Under the pieces are notes generated by a model that was given only the letters and a program-made list of their open reading frames with translations, was not told where the DNA came from and did not search any database. Source: an uncultured Planctomycetales bacterium (GTDB taxonomy: Bacteria > Omnitrophota > Gorgyraeia > Zapsychrales > JANLHA01). Taken from it: a DNA stretch of 64,000 bases. Shown in pieces: positions 11,584 to 21,794 of the stretch (position 1 is the first letter of the stretch; every line of letters begins with the position of its first letter). Location: positions 150-64,149 of the forward strand of contig CAYVEC010000011.1 of the NCBI GenBank assembly GCA_964450385.1. Direction: 5' to 3'. The position numbers and the translations under genes were made by a program.

Positions 11584-12690
11584 ATGGCGCAGATCAGTTT
11601 GAGGAATGTCACGAAGGTTTATAAAGGCGGGACGGTCCGCGCGGTTGATGATGTCAGTCTTGGTATTGAGAATAAGGAATTTCTTGTCCTTGTCGGCCCT
11701 TCGGGATGCGGCAAGTCTACGATCCTCCGGATGATCGCGGGCCTCGAGGAGGTCTCCTCTGGCCGGATATGGATCGGCGATCAGCTCGTCAATGATGTCC
11801 CTCCGAAAAATCGTAATATCGCGATGGTCTTTCAGAATTATGCCCTGTATCCCCACATGACGGTTTACGAGAACATGTCCTTTGGCCTCAAACTGCGGAA
11901 GTATCCGCGGGCGGAGATTGAGCGACGCGTGACTGAGGCGGCCGAGATCCTGGGGATCAAACAGTTTCTTGATCGCAAACCGCGGCAGCTTTCCGGGGGG
12001 GAGTGCCAACGGGTCGCTCTGGGCCGCGCGATTGTGCGCAAACCGAAGGTCTTTTTGTTCGATGAGCCCTCGAGTAACCTCGACCCCAAGATGCGCCTTC
12101 AGATGCGTACCGAGATCCACCGGCTTCGGACCCGGCTCCAGACGACCTTTATCTATGTGACGCACGATCAGACAGAGGCCATGACCCTCGGCGACCGGAT
12201 AGCGGTCATGAAGGATGGCAGGATCCACCAGTGCGCCGACCCGATGACGATATATCAGAAACCCGTCGATAAGTTCGTGGCCAGCTTTATCGGTCTCCCG
12301 CCGATTAACCTCATGGACGGCCGGATCATCAAAAAAGAACGGAAGTATTATTTTGATGAGGGCCGCTTTCAAGTCCAGATCGTCCAGGGCATGTATCCAA
12401 AGATCGCCGTGTATGAGGGCCGCCAGGTCTGTCTTGGGATCCGCACCGAAGATATCTATGATAAATTGTTCAGCTCCGACGTCCCGCCTGAGAACACCGT
12501 GCGGGCCACCTGTGAGGTCGTGGAACCGATGGGGGCGGAGGCCTACCTGTATCTAAATTCCGGGCGCCATGTCTTTATTGCCCGGGTCGGGGCGCAGCAT
12601 CGTCCCGAGGTCAATCGTGATATGGACCTGGTGTTTGATATGAACAAGGTGCATTTCTTTGACAACGATACAGATGAAACAATTGTTTAG
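11584..12690 (+). CDS. ABC transporter ATP-binding protein, MalK/UgpC family with C-terminal TOBE-like domain
   Basis: Walker [10 protein letters not shown]. Signature [14 protein letters not shown]. Walker B FLFDEP. No permease or binding-protein gene adjacent. Confidence 0.85.
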   Translation: MAQISLRNVTKVYKGGTVRAVDDVSLGIENKEFLVLVGPSGCGKSTILRMIAGLEEVSSGRIWIGDQLVNDVPPKNRNIAMVFQNYALYPHMTVYENMSFGLKLRKYPRAEIERRVTEAAEILGIKQFLDRKPRQLSGGECQRVALGRAIVRKPKVFLFDEPSSNLDPKMRLQMRTEIHRLRTRLQTTFIYVTHDQTEAMTLGDRIAVMKDGRIHQCADPMTIYQKPVDKFVASFIGLPPINLMDGRIIKKERKYYFDEGRFQVQIVQGMYPKIAVYEGRQVCLGIRTEDIYDKLFSSDVPPENTVRATCEVVEPMGAEAYLYLNSGRHVFIARVGAQHRPEVNRDMDLVFDMNKVHFFDNDTDETIV

Positions 12691-13987
12691 GTCGCCTGGA
12701 CGTGTCGGCGCGGTTCTTGTTCTGCCGTTGATCGCCTTGTGTGCCGCTGTCCGCGGCCTTTCTCCCGCGATGTTTCTTTATCTTGTCCTTGCCGCTGGGG
12801 GCGTGGCCGCGGTGGGGACGTATTATTATTTTCGGTTCGTTTGGTTCCGCGCGGCGGCGGAACTCCGGCTTCAGGACGTCCGGGAGAAGGCGAATCTCCT
12901 TGAGGCCGAGATCAAGCGCCAGTGGGGTGTTCTCGAGGCCGCGCGCAAAAAATTGATCGATTACTCGCAGCTCAAGGTGCTCGCCGAACGCCTCAACCAG
13001 TGTTTTTCCTTAGAAGAAACCTCTCGCCTTTTGTCAGGAGAGGTCAGCCGTTTGTTCGGTCAGGAGGAGATGACCGTCATCCTTTATTTGTTCCATTCGA
13101 AGACCGGCGAGCTCGGGATCTCGGCGTCAAAGAAGGGCCAGATCGAGGTCAATCTTAAGGCTAAGAAAGGCGACGCCTACGATCAGTGGGTCGTGAAGAA
13201 CATGACGCCTCTGCTGATTGAGGATGCGAGCCAGGACTTTCGGTTTGATCGTGATAAGATTCAGATCGAAGATGCGCGGCCGATCGGTTCCCTGATGAGT
13301 GTTCCGCTCCTCATTGGCGATCGGGCGATCGGGATCCTTCGTCTCGACAGCCCGGTCTCGAACTATTTTCAGACTGAGAGCATCCGCTTTCTGTCCACGA
13401 TCGGAGACCTCGGCGCGGTCGCGATCGAAAACGCCCAGCTCTACGAGCGCGTCGAGGACCTCGCGATCCACGACAGCCTCACCGGGCTTTTTTTGCGCCG
13501 GCATTTCCTTGATCGGATGGCGCAGGAGATGAGCCGCGAGCTTCGAAAGAACCAAGAGATCTCTTTTTTGATGCTGGATCTGGATCATTTTAAACAATAC
13601 AACGATCAGTTCGGGCATATGGCCGGGGACATTGTGCTGAAGGCCCTGGCCATGATGCTGCGTGACACCTTTAGTCTCCCGGGGGATTGCGTCTGCCGCT
13701 ACGGCGGAGAGGAATTCGCGGTCTTTCTTCCTGAGTGTTCTCAGGCAAAGGCGGTGGAGCTCGCCGAGGGATTCCGTGAGAAGATCGAGGCCCAACGGTT
13801 CCTGATCCGCCGGAGCAGCACGAGGATCACGGTGTCGATCGGGGTTGCCACATTCCCTCAGGACGCGACGGTACGGGAGGAATTGATCGAGCGCGCGGAC
13901 CGTGCGTTGTATCTGGCTAAACAAGAGGGACGCAATCGTGTGCGCGCGGCAGGGCCCGGCGGCCGCGCTCAAGGAGCCGAACGATGA
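12674..13987 (+). CDS. Membrane-anchored GAF-GGDEF diguanylate cyclase
   Basis: Two N-terminal TM helices, a GAF-like region, and a GGDEF domain with RYGGEEF. Track start 12659 is TTG; ATG 12674 chosen. Confidence 0.8.
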   Translation: MKQLFRSPGRVGAVLVLPLIALCAAVRGLSPAMFLYLVLAAGGVAAVGTYYYFRFVWFRAAAELRLQDVREKANLLEAEIKRQWGVLEAARKKLIDYSQLKVLAERLNQCFSLEETSRLLSGEVSRLFGQEEMTVILYLFHSKTGELGISASKKGQIEVNLKAKKGDAYDQWVVKNMTPLLIEDASQDFRFDRDKIQIEDARPIGSLMSVPLLIGDRAIGILRLDSPVSNYFQTESIRFLSTIGDLGAVAIENAQLYERVEDLAIHDSLTGLFLRRHFLDRMAQEMSRELRKNQEISFLMLDLDHFKQYNDQFGHMAGDIVLKALAMMLRDTFSLPGDCVCRYGGEEFAVFLPECSQAKAVELAEGFREKIEAQRFLIRRSSTRITVSIGVATFPQDATVREELIERADRALYLAKQEGRNRVRAAGPGGRAQGAER

Positions 13988-15000
13988 TCGTCATCGGGAC
14001 ATTGTTGGTCATTTATATCGGGGTCGCGGTTTGGGCGATCGACCGGTATATCCGGATGCGCCGGGACCTTATTGAGCGCGAGATCCTTGAGGCCCAAGGC
14101 GATTATCAGAAATATATCCTTCAGGAAGACGCGATCCGTCAGGAGAAGGCCGCCCTCGAGGACGAGGTCGCGGAGGTCTATACGCTTTATGACATGACGA
14201 AAGAGATCACGAAAGTCGTCAACGAGACAGAGGCCGCGGATATTTTTCGGGAGCGCCTGAGCGATCATGTCAGTTTTGAGACCTGCCGTTTGCTGGGGCC
14301 GCTTGACCCTGAGGCCCGGGACGCCAAAAAGCAGCCGGGGCTTTTTGTGTTTCCCCTGCGCGGCAAAAAAGAGCTTCTGGGTCATGTTGTCATCGGCGGC
14401 GCCCAGGCCTCGGACCGCGATCAGATCGAGATTCTGACGCATCAATTCGGTCTGGCCCTCCGTCGGATCCGGCTCTACAAGGAAGTCGAGCATCTCGCGA
14501 TCACGGACAGCCTTACCCAGGTTTTTACCCGGCGGTATCTCATGGAGCGTTTTGACGAAGAGGTCCAGCGGGCGAAGGTCAAAAAGACCTCGCTCGCGTT
14601 TTTGATGCTTGATGTCGATCATTTTAAAAAGATCAATGATAGGCACGGGCATTTGGCCGGGGACCATGTCCTGCGGGAGATCGGGCGGGCGATCAAGGAG
14701 GCGGTTCGGGAGATCGATATTGTCGGGCGCTATGGGGGCGAGGAATTCTGCGTCATTCTCCCTGAGACCTCGCGCGAGGGGGCCCACTATGTCGCGGAAC
14801 GTGTACGTCTCGCGGTCGAGCAGCGGTCGATCAAGGCCTATGACGCGGTCTTAAAGGTGACGGTGAGCATCGGGTCAACCTCATTTCCTGAGGACGGCCG
14901 CAAGATCCCGGAACTGATTGATAAGGCGGATTGGGGCTTGTACCGTGCCAAACGCATGGGCCGGAACCGCGTCTGCCCGTTCGGGGTTTATGAGGAATAA
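13984..15000 (+). CDS. Membrane-anchored GGDEF diguanylate cyclase with I-site
   Basis: N-terminal TM helix, coiled coil, GAF-like segment, and REIDIVGRYGGEEF (RxxD I-site plus active site). ATGA overlap with the upstream gene. Confidence 0.8.
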   Translation: MIVIGTLLVIYIGVAVWAIDRYIRMRRDLIEREILEAQGDYQKYILQEDAIRQEKAALEDEVAEVYTLYDMTKEITKVVNETEAADIFRERLSDHVSFETCRLLGPLDPEARDAKKQPGLFVFPLRGKKELLGHVVIGGAQASDRDQIEILTHQFGLALRRIRLYKEVEHLAITDSLTQVFTRRYLMERFDEEVQRAKVKKTSLAFLMLDVDHFKKINDRHGHLAGDHVLREIGRAIKEAVREIDIVGRYGGEEFCVILPETSREGAHYVAERVRLAVEQRSIKAYDAVLKVTVSIGSTSFPEDGRKIPELIDKADWGLYRAKRMGRNRVCPFGVYEE

Positions 15001-15023
15001 TTTCGTTTCCATATAGATGATTT

Positions 15024-15048
15024 CCGCCTTGCAAGGCCTGTCTTTTTT
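15024..15048 (+). terminator. Rho-independent terminator after the diguanylate cyclase pair
   Basis: Palindrome GCCTTGCAAGGC (15026-15037) followed by CTGTCTTTTTT. Confidence 0.5.
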
Positions 15049-15093
15049 AGTTACAATAAAACAAATTTCTAATACTAATCTTAATAATCAAAT

Positions 15094-16035
15094 ATGAAAA
15101 AATTCACGATTGGCGTTGATGTGGGGGGCACCAATGTTAAATTGGGGCTCCTGGACGCGCGCGGCACGATTATTGCTCGAAGTCGCTTTGCGACAAAGGC
15201 TTATGTCTCTGCTCCTGCGAAGCTGATCGCTGCCCTCGCGGGTGAGATCTCGGCCCTTATGACAGCACAAGGGGTCCGCGCCTCTCAGGTGGACGGTATC
15301 GGTATCGGGTTGCCTGGACTCGTCGATCCCGAACGTGGGGTCGTGATCTTTCTTCCGAATGTCCCGGGCTGGCGCCAGATTCCGCTTCGGCGGCGGCTTG
15401 AAGCGCGGCTTGGAATCCCTGTGTATCTTGAAAATGATGTCAATCTGATCACCCTGGGTGAATGGGGTTTTGGCGCGGCCGAGGGATGCCGGAATCTGAT
15501 CTGTATGACCTTGGGTACCGGCGTCGGGGCCGGGCTCATGATCGAAGGTCGGCTCTACCGCGGGGATGGTTTTGTCGCCGGAGAGATCGGGCACATGCCG
15601 TTGAATTTTAAGGGGCCGGCCTGTAACTGCGGGTCGTTTGCCTGTTTTGAGACGTATGTGGGTAACGGGCCTCTTCAGAAAGAGGCCGCCCGCGTGTTTA
15701 GGGACCCGGGGATCACCTTTGAGGATATTTTTTCCCGCGCCCGCAAAGGGGATGCGGCCGCGATCGGATTTTGGGACGCCTTTGGCGAACGGGTCGCGGC
15801 GGGGTTGATCGGGCCGGTGAATTTATTGAATCCGTCGCGGGTGGTCATCGGCGGAGGGATTGCGAACAACTTTCGTTTTTTTGCCCCGGCGGTGAGGCGC
15901 GTCCTCCGCCGTCGGGCGATGCCTGTTCAGGCAAAAATGGTCCGGGTGGTGCGGGCCCGATTGGGCGATGACGCGGGCCTCCGGGGGGCCAGGGTCCTTG
16001 TAGACAACCAACAAAAGGTTCAACACGATGCCTAA
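15094..16035 (+). CDS. ROK family sugar kinase (glucokinase-like)
   Basis: GVDVGGTN start. Cys-rich zinc motif GHMPLNFKGPACNCGSFACFE typical of ROK kinases. Confidence 0.75.
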   Translation: MKKFTIGVDVGGTNVKLGLLDARGTIIARSRFATKAYVSAPAKLIAALAGEISALMTAQGVRASQVDGIGIGLPGLVDPERGVVIFLPNVPGWRQIPLRRRLEARLGIPVYLENDVNLITLGEWGFGAAEGCRNLICMTLGTGVGAGLMIEGRLYRGDGFVAGEIGHMPLNFKGPACNCGSFACFETYVGNGPLQKEAARVFRDPGITFEDIFSRARKGDAAAIGFWDAFGERVAAGLIGPVNLLNPSRVVIGGGIANNFRFFAPAVRRVLRRRAMPVQAKMVRVVRARLGDDAGLRGARVLVDNQQKVQHDA

Positions 16036-18163
16036 GATCGGTATGTCCTGGAGAGGGTTGCGATGCCTGTGGGTGGTCCTTGGGATCGTCGGGTGTGTCG
16101 TGGCACGCCCTGTCTGGGCCCAGCAGGAGATCTCGGCGGTCGAGATCAACGGGGACCAGGTTGAGTATATGGTTAAAGAAAACAAGGTGGTGGCGACCGG
16201 GAACGTCGTGGTCTCGAAGGCGGATGTGCGGCTCCTGGCGGACCGGATTGAATTTTATCGAGGGAGCCAGGATGCGGTCGCGATCGGGAATGTCGTCCTC
16301 GAGCGGGGGGAGAGCCGTGTGAGTGGGACGAAAATGACGTTTAATTTTCAGACGATGAAGGGTGACTTTGATCAGCCGAATCTTGTCTCGCCGCCCCTGT
16401 TTGGCAAGGGCGAGTCGGTTGAGCGGATCGATGAGGGCCATTATCTGATCCGGAATGGGTATATCACGACGTCGGATTTTGATGAGCCCGAAACCCGGGT
16501 CACGGCGCGGACTGTTGACGTCTATCCGAATGACCGCGCGGTCTTGCGGAACGTCTCGTTTAAGGTCGGCCGGGTGCCGGTCTTTTATCTGCCGCGGTAC
16601 ACGTATGATCTCGATAAGCGCAAACCCACCTTGATCCTGACCCCGGGGTATAGCGGGGACTGGGGCGGGTTTGTGCTCGGGCGGTATCATTATACGGAGC
16701 CAGAGAATTATGATCTCGTGTTTCACGCGGATTATCGCGAGCGAAAGGGCATGGCCTGGGGCGTGGATGACGCCTATCGCACGGATGATTTCGGCTCCGG
16801 CCTGCTCCGGACGTACTATATTCAAGAGCGGGATATCGGCCATACCCATTTCTGGGATGAACATCCGTCGGTGAATGAACGGGACCGCTATAAGGTTGAT
16901 TGGCGCCACAAGTGGCAGGCGGATGAACGGACCATGGTGATCGCCCAGGCCTCTAAGATGAACGACCGCCAGGTCCTGAAGGATTATTTTGATGAGGAGT
17001 ACGATGATGACGCGCGTCCGGCGAGCTATGTGGTCGCGACGCACCGGCTCCCGTACGGGACGCTGATCGGGCGCACGGATTATCGTCTCAATGATTTTTA
17101 CAGCGGGGTCGAGCGCCTCCCGGAGGCCGGATATGTCCTGACGAGTACGGAACTTTTGGACTCGGGCCTGTATTACCGGAATTCGACGACTTATAGCCGG
17201 CTCGTCGAAAAAGAGGCTTCTCCGAGCGATGTCGATTATCGGACTGACCGCCTTGATCTCAATCACTCGGTCTCGTATCCGATGAAGGTCTCGGTTGTCG
17301 AGCTCTCGCCGTTCGTCGGGGCTCGGCACACGTATTACAGTCGTACGGCCTTTGCCGAGAATAATGACGCCGTGCGGGGGATCCTTGAAACCGGCGTGGA
17401 CGCCAGCACCAAGTTTTATCGGGTCTATGACGTTGAGAGCGATCTCTGGGGGCTTGATATCGATCAGCTGCGCCACGTGATTACTCCAAGCGCGGCCTAT
17501 CTATACCGTCCGGATCCGACGGTATCAACAGAAAACCTCTACCAGATTGACGGCGTCGACGCCCTGACGCATCGCAATCGCATTCAGCTCGCTTTGGAGA
17601 ATAAACTTCAGACTAAGCGCGACAAGGCGAGCGTGGACCTCCTAAGGACAACGATCGCCACGGATTTTCGATTTCGGGAGGAGGAACAGAATTCGAAGAA
17701 TTCAAGCTGGGATAATGTGACGCTCGATGTCGAGGTGACCCCGTATCGCTGGCTCGGGATCTATTTCGACGGGGAATATGACGTCGCCTTAGAGGACGTC
17801 GAGACCGCGAATTTTGATCTCTATATCAACGGAGCGCGGGATGTCTGGTATCTGCGGTTCGGGAACCGGTATGCGAAGGACGTCGACAATCAGGTCGATG
17901 CGGAGTTTGGTCTTAAGATCAATCCGAAATGGGAGGCGCGCGTGCGTCAGTGTTTCGATACTGAGGGCGGCAGGAATCAGGAGCGGGAATTCGGTCTGCG
18001 GCGGGACCTGCACACCTGGTTCATGGACATGACGTACACGAAGACCAAGTTCGATGGGGAAGAGGTCTGGCTGATGTTTTCATTGAAGGAATTTCCTGAT
18101 CTGCGCCTGAGCGGAGGCACGAGCTGGGCCGGCGGCGCGGAGCGTCCAGGGGACCAACCTTAA
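16028..18163 (+). CDS. lptD: LPS-assembly outer membrane protein LptD-like (OstA N-domain plus beta-barrel)
   Basis: Signal peptide, an OstA-like N-terminal domain (VEINGDQVEY...VVATGNVVV...ADRIEF), and a long beta-barrel-type C-terminal region. 711 aa. Confidence 0.65.
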   Translation: MPKIGMSWRGLRCLWVVLGIVGCVVARPVWAQQEISAVEINGDQVEYMVKENKVVATGNVVVSKADVRLLADRIEFYRGSQDAVAIGNVVLERGESRVSGTKMTFNFQTMKGDFDQPNLVSPPLFGKGESVERIDEGHYLIRNGYITTSDFDEPETRVTARTVDVYPNDRAVLRNVSFKVGRVPVFYLPRYTYDLDKRKPTLILTPGYSGDWGGFVLGRYHYTEPENYDLVFHADYRERKGMAWGVDDAYRTDDFGSGLLRTYYIQERDIGHTHFWDEHPSVNERDRYKVDWRHKWQADERTMVIAQASKMNDRQVLKDYFDEEYDDDARPASYVVATHRLPYGTLIGRTDYRLNDFYSGVERLPEAGYVLTSTELLDSGLYYRNSTTYSRLVEKEASPSDVDYRTDRLDLNHSVSYPMKVSVVELSPFVGARHTYYSRTAFAENNDAVRGILETGVDASTKFYRVYDVESDLWGLDIDQLRHVITPSAAYLYRPDPTVSTENLYQIDGVDALTHRNRIQLALENKLQTKRDKASVDLLRTTIATDFRFREEEQNSKNSSWDNVTLDVEVTPYRWLGIYFDGEYDVALEDVETANFDLYINGARDVWYLRFGNRYAKDVDNQVDAEFGLKINPKWEARVRQCFDTEGGRNQEREFGLRRDLHTWFMDMTYTKTKFDGEEVWLMFSLKEFPDLRLSGGTSWAGGAERPGDQP

Positions 18164-18196
18164 GACGGATAGACACCGGGTGGGGAGGGGTGGTTT

Positions 18197-19516
18197 ATGA
18201 AGATTGCAGTGATCGGTTCGGGATATGTGGGTCTTGTGACCGGGGTCTGTTTTGCGGAGATCGGTCATGAGGTGATCTGCGTCGATAATAATCAGGCCAA
18301 GATCAAGCGGCTGCAGCGCGGTGAGAGCCCGATCTATGAGCCGGGGCTTGATGAGATGATGGCCCGGCTTCTAAAAAAGAAGCGGCTTGTTTTTTCGACG
18401 GATATCCGTCAGGCGACCCGCGGATCTGAGGTGATTTTTATCGCGGTTGGCACGCCGGCTAAAAAGAACGGCGAGGCGGACCTGACCTATGTTGAGAATG
18501 TCGCGCGCGAGATCGCGATGAGCATGAACGGGTATAAACTGATCGTCGAAAAATCGACTGTCCCGGCGGAGACGGGCCAGCGGATCAAGAGGACCATCCG
18601 GATGAACCTCCCGAAGAAGTATCGGACCGGCGGCAAGGACGCTCTCGGCTTTGATATTGCCTCGAACCCTGAATTCCTCCGCGAGGGAAGCGCGATCCAG
18701 GATTTTATGGACCCAGACCGCGTGGTGATCGGGGTCGAGTCAAAGCGCGCGGAGCGGCTGCTCCGGGAGATCTATCGCCCGATCAAGACCAAGATGATCG
18801 TTACCGATATCAGCTCAGCCGAGATGATCAAACACGCCTCGAATTCCTTCTTGGCGATGAAGATTTCATTCGCGAATGCCGTCGCCCAGATCTGCGACCG
18901 GGTCGGCGCGGATGTCCTGAAAGTCACCGAGGGCATGGGGTATGATAAACGGATCGGGGCCGCCTTTCTCAATGCCGGCGTCGGCTATGGCGGCAGTTGT
19001 TTCCCGAAGGATGTCGATGCCTTTATCCGGTTGAGTCAGAAGAGCGGATATGATTTTGCCCTGTTGAAGGAGGTCCGCGCTGTTAATGATGAGCAGCAAG
19101 GCGCCTTTGTTCGGATGATCGAAGATAAGTTGTGGATCCTTAAAGATAAGACGATCGGTGTGTTGGGGCTTGCCTTCAAGCCTGATACCGATGATATGCG
19201 TCAGGCCCCGTCGATCGGGATCATTCAGACCCTTCTTGCGGAGGGGGCCGAGGTGAGGGCGCATGATCCTCAGGCGATGGACAACGCCCGGAAGATCCTT
19301 CCCCGGATATCCTACATGGATGACGTGTACAAATTGGCCCGGGGGTGCGATTGCCTGCTCCTCTTGACCGAGTGGGCCTGTTATCGGGAACTTGATTTTG
19401 TTAAGGTTGCTCGCGCGATGCATCAGCCGATGATCTTTGACGGCAGGAATTTTTTGCATGATAGGGATCTGCCGGGGTTGGGTTTTGAATATTATGGCGT
19501 TGGACGGGGCCATTGA
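18197..19516 (+). CDS. ugd: UDP-glucose 6-dehydrogenase
   Basis: MKIAVIGSGYVGLVTGVCFAEIGHEV...GGSCFPKD catalytic Cys region. Confidence 0.9.
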   Translation: MKIAVIGSGYVGLVTGVCFAEIGHEVICVDNNQAKIKRLQRGESPIYEPGLDEMMARLLKKKRLVFSTDIRQATRGSEVIFIAVGTPAKKNGEADLTYVENVAREIAMSMNGYKLIVEKSTVPAETGQRIKRTIRMNLPKKYRTGGKDALGFDIASNPEFLREGSAIQDFMDPDRVVIGVESKRAERLLREIYRPIKTKMIVTDISSAEMIKHASNSFLAMKISFANAVAQICDRVGADVLKVTEGMGYDKRIGAAFLNAGVGYGGSCFPKDVDAFIRLSQKSGYDFALLKEVRAVNDEQQGAFVRMIEDKLWILKDKTIGVLGLAFKPDTDDMRQAPSIGIIQTLLAEGAEVRAHDPQAMDNARKILPRISYMDDVYKLARGCDCLLLLTEWACYRELDFVKVARAMHQPMIFDGRNFLHDRDLPGLGFEYYGVGRGH

Positions 19517-19533
19517 ACGGGAAGCGAGGACGT

Positions 19534-20838
19534 ATGCGGGAAGAGCTCGAACGGAAGATCCGTCGCCGTCAGGCAAGGATCGCGGTCTTGGGTCTGGGGT
19601 ATGTGGGGCTGCCCCTGGCCGTGAGTTTTGCCAAGAAGGGGTTTCAGGTCCTGGGGCTCGACAAGGACGCGGACCGGGTGATGAAGGTCGTCGCCGGAGA
19701 AAGCTATATCCTCGATATTCCGCAGTCCCTTTTGACCGGGGTCGTCAGCTCAGGCCATCTTGATGCCACCACGGATTTTTCGCGGCTGGGCGCCATGGAT
19801 GTCGTGATCATCTGTGTCCCGACGCCGCTCAAGCGGAAATATACGCCGGACATTTCCTTTATCATCAAGGCCGTGCGTGAACTCGCGCGGCACGTAAAGC
19901 CAGGCACCCTCGTGGTCCTTGAGAGCACCACCTATCCGGGAACGACACGGGAATTGATCAAACCGGAACTCGAGAAGTCGGGGCTGGCCGCCGGCCGCGA
20001 CCTTTTTTTGGCGTTCTCTCCGGAGCGGATCGATCCGGGGAACACGTCCTTTGACGTGACACGGATACCGAAAGTTGTTGGAGGCCTTGATGAGGCAGCA
20101 ACCCGCTTGACGATGCTCTTGTACCGGACGATCATAAAAAGCGTCTATCCGGTCAGCTCGCCCGAGGCTGCGGAGATGACGAAACTGCTTGAGAATTCGT
20201 TCCGGATCATTAATATCGGCTGGATCAATGAGGTCGCGATGATGTGCGAGACCCTGGGCATTGATGTCTGGGAGGTCATTGAGGCCGCGAAGACAAAACC
20301 GTTCGGGTTCATGCCGTTCTATCCGGGGCTCGGCGTCGGGGGGCACTGTATCCCGGAGGACCCGCTCTACTTGTATTGGAAGGCGAAACGGTATGGATTC
20401 GATTCGCGCTATATCAAATTGTCAGCGGATACCAACGCCCGTATGCCCGCCTATGTGGTCGGCCGGGTGGAGAGGCTCATGCGCGACCGCGGTCGGCCGT
20501 TGTCAAAGTCAAGGATCCTGGTCGTTGGTGTCACGTATAAAAAGGACGTGAAGGATCTGAGAAAATCCCCGGCGTTAAAACTGATCGCCCTTCTTGAGGA
20601 GAAGGCCGGAGCGGTCGATTATCATGACCCGCTGATTCCGTATCTTGAGATCTTTAATATCCATCAGAAGACATCGGTCGCGCTCACGCCGGCACGGATC
20701 CGGGGGTATGACTGTGTGGTCATTGCGACGGACCATTCGTCGGTTGATTACGCCCGGCTCCTGCGGTCGGCCCGGTGCATTTTTGATACGCGGAATGTTT
20801 ACGGCCGCGCGAGGCATGAAAAAGTGATTAAACTTTAA
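19534..20838 (+). CDS. UDP-N-acetyl-hexosamine 6-dehydrogenase, WecC/WbpA/Cap5O family
   Basis: [15 protein letters not shown]..., [11 protein letters not shown]. Clearly alignable to WecC. Track start 19513 is TTG; ATG 19534 chosen. Confidence 0.75.
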   Translation: MREELERKIRRRQARIAVLGLGYVGLPLAVSFAKKGFQVLGLDKDADRVMKVVAGESYILDIPQSLLTGVVSSGHLDATTDFSRLGAMDVVIICVPTPLKRKYTPDISFIIKAVRELARHVKPGTLVVLESTTYPGTTRELIKPELEKSGLAAGRDLFLAFSPERIDPGNTSFDVTRIPKVVGGLDEAATRLTMLLYRTIIKSVYPVSSPEAAEMTKLLENSFRIINIGWINEVAMMCETLGIDVWEVIEAAKTKPFGFMPFYPGLGVGGHCIPEDPLYLYWKAKRYGFDSRYIKLSADTNARMPAYVVGRVERLMRDRGRPLSKSRILVVGVTYKKDVKDLRKSPALKLIALLEEKAGAVDYHDPLIPYLEIFNIHQKTSVALTPARIRGYDCVVIATDHSSVDYARLLRSARCIFDTRNVYGRARHEKVIKL

Positions 20839-20849
20839 GGCGGGCAGGA

Positions 20850-21794
20850 ATGGCAAAGAAAACGATTGTGATCACAGGCGGGGCAGGTTTCCTCGGGAGT
20901 CATCTCTGTGACCTTTTTTTGGCCGAGGGGTACGCGGTGGTCTGCCTCGATAATCTGATCACCGGGTCGATGAAGAACATCGCCCATCTTGACGGGTGGC
21001 CCGGATTTTCGTTCATCCGGCATGATGTCTCGAAGCCGATCGAGATCAGCGGGAAGGTCCATTATATCCTTCACTTCGCTTCTCCGGCGAGCCCCGTCGA
21101 CTATCTCAAATATCCGATCCAGACCCTGAAGGTCGGTTCGCTCGGAACGCACAACACGCTGGGTCTCGCGAAATCCAAGCGGGCGCGTTTTCTCCTGGCC
21201 TCAACCTCTGAGGTCTACGGGGATCCCCTGGAGCATCCGCAGAAGGAGACCTATTGGGGCCATGTGAATCCGATCGGCCCGCGCGGGGTGTATGACGAGG
21301 CGAAGCGTTTTGCCGAGGCGATCACCCTGGCGTATCACCGGTATCACAAGGTCGACGTCCGGATCGTGCGGATCTTTAACACCTACGGACCGCGGATGCG
21401 GATCGATGACGGCCGGGTGGTCCCGAGCCTCATCGACCAGGCCCTGCGCGGGAAGCCGCTCACCGTTTATGGGACGGGCCGGCAGACCCGGTCGTTCTGT
21501 TATTATTGTGATCTCATCGAAGGGATCTATCGGCTCCTCATGTCGGATTACGTAGGGCCGGTTAATATTGGCAATCCCGACGAGTTCACGATCCTTCAGT
21601 TCGCCCGTGTCCTGCTGAAGATGTCAGGATCGACGAGTCCGATCGAATTCCATCCCCTGCCCAAGGATGATCCTAAGAAACGTCGGCCGGATATTACACT
21701 GGCGCGGCGGGAGCTCGGGTGGTCTCCGGCTGTACCGCTCGCTCAAGGCCTTGCTGAGACGATCGTGTGGTTCCGACAAAAGGGCGTGGTGTAA
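20850..21794 (+). CDS. UDP-glucuronate decarboxylase (UDP-xylose synthase, UXS-like SDR)
   Basis: [16 protein letters not shown]...YGDP...YDEAKR. About 314 aa, typical of UXS/ArnA-decarboxylase-like enzymes. Confidence 0.8.
   Translation: MAKKTIVITGGAGFLGSHLCDLFLAEGYAVVCLDNLITGSMKNIAHLDGWPGFSFIRHDVSKPIEISGKVHYILHFASPASPVDYLKYPIQTLKVGSLGTHNTLGLAKSKRARFLLASTSEVYGDPLEHPQKETYWGHVNPIGPRGVYDEAKRFAEAITLAYHRYHKVDVRIVRIFNTYGPRMRIDDGRVVPSLIDQALRGKPLTVYGTGRQTRSFCYYCDLIEGIYRLLMSDYVGPVNIGNPDEFTILQFARVLLKMSGSTSPIEFHPLPKDDPKKRRPDITLARRELGWSPAVPLAQGLAETIVWFRQKGVV

Noticed and set aside
15845-17476. 543-aa minus-strand ORF, and similar long minus-strand ORFs at 2324-3418, 11314-12372, 13127-14787, 26399-27292, 31425-32288, 36323-37630 and 49584-50330
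   Set aside because: Each lies antisense to a + strand gene with clear family motifs (LptD, ClpB, ABC ATPase, GGDEF, radical SAM, GT9, PriA, GT2). Their translations are Arg/Pro/Gly-rich with low complexity, as expected from stop-poor antisense frames in high-GC DNA.
19437-19763. 108-aa + strand ORF spanning the ugd / WecC-like junction
   Set aside because: It is an alternative frame across two well-supported genes with no motifs, so it is taken as spurious.
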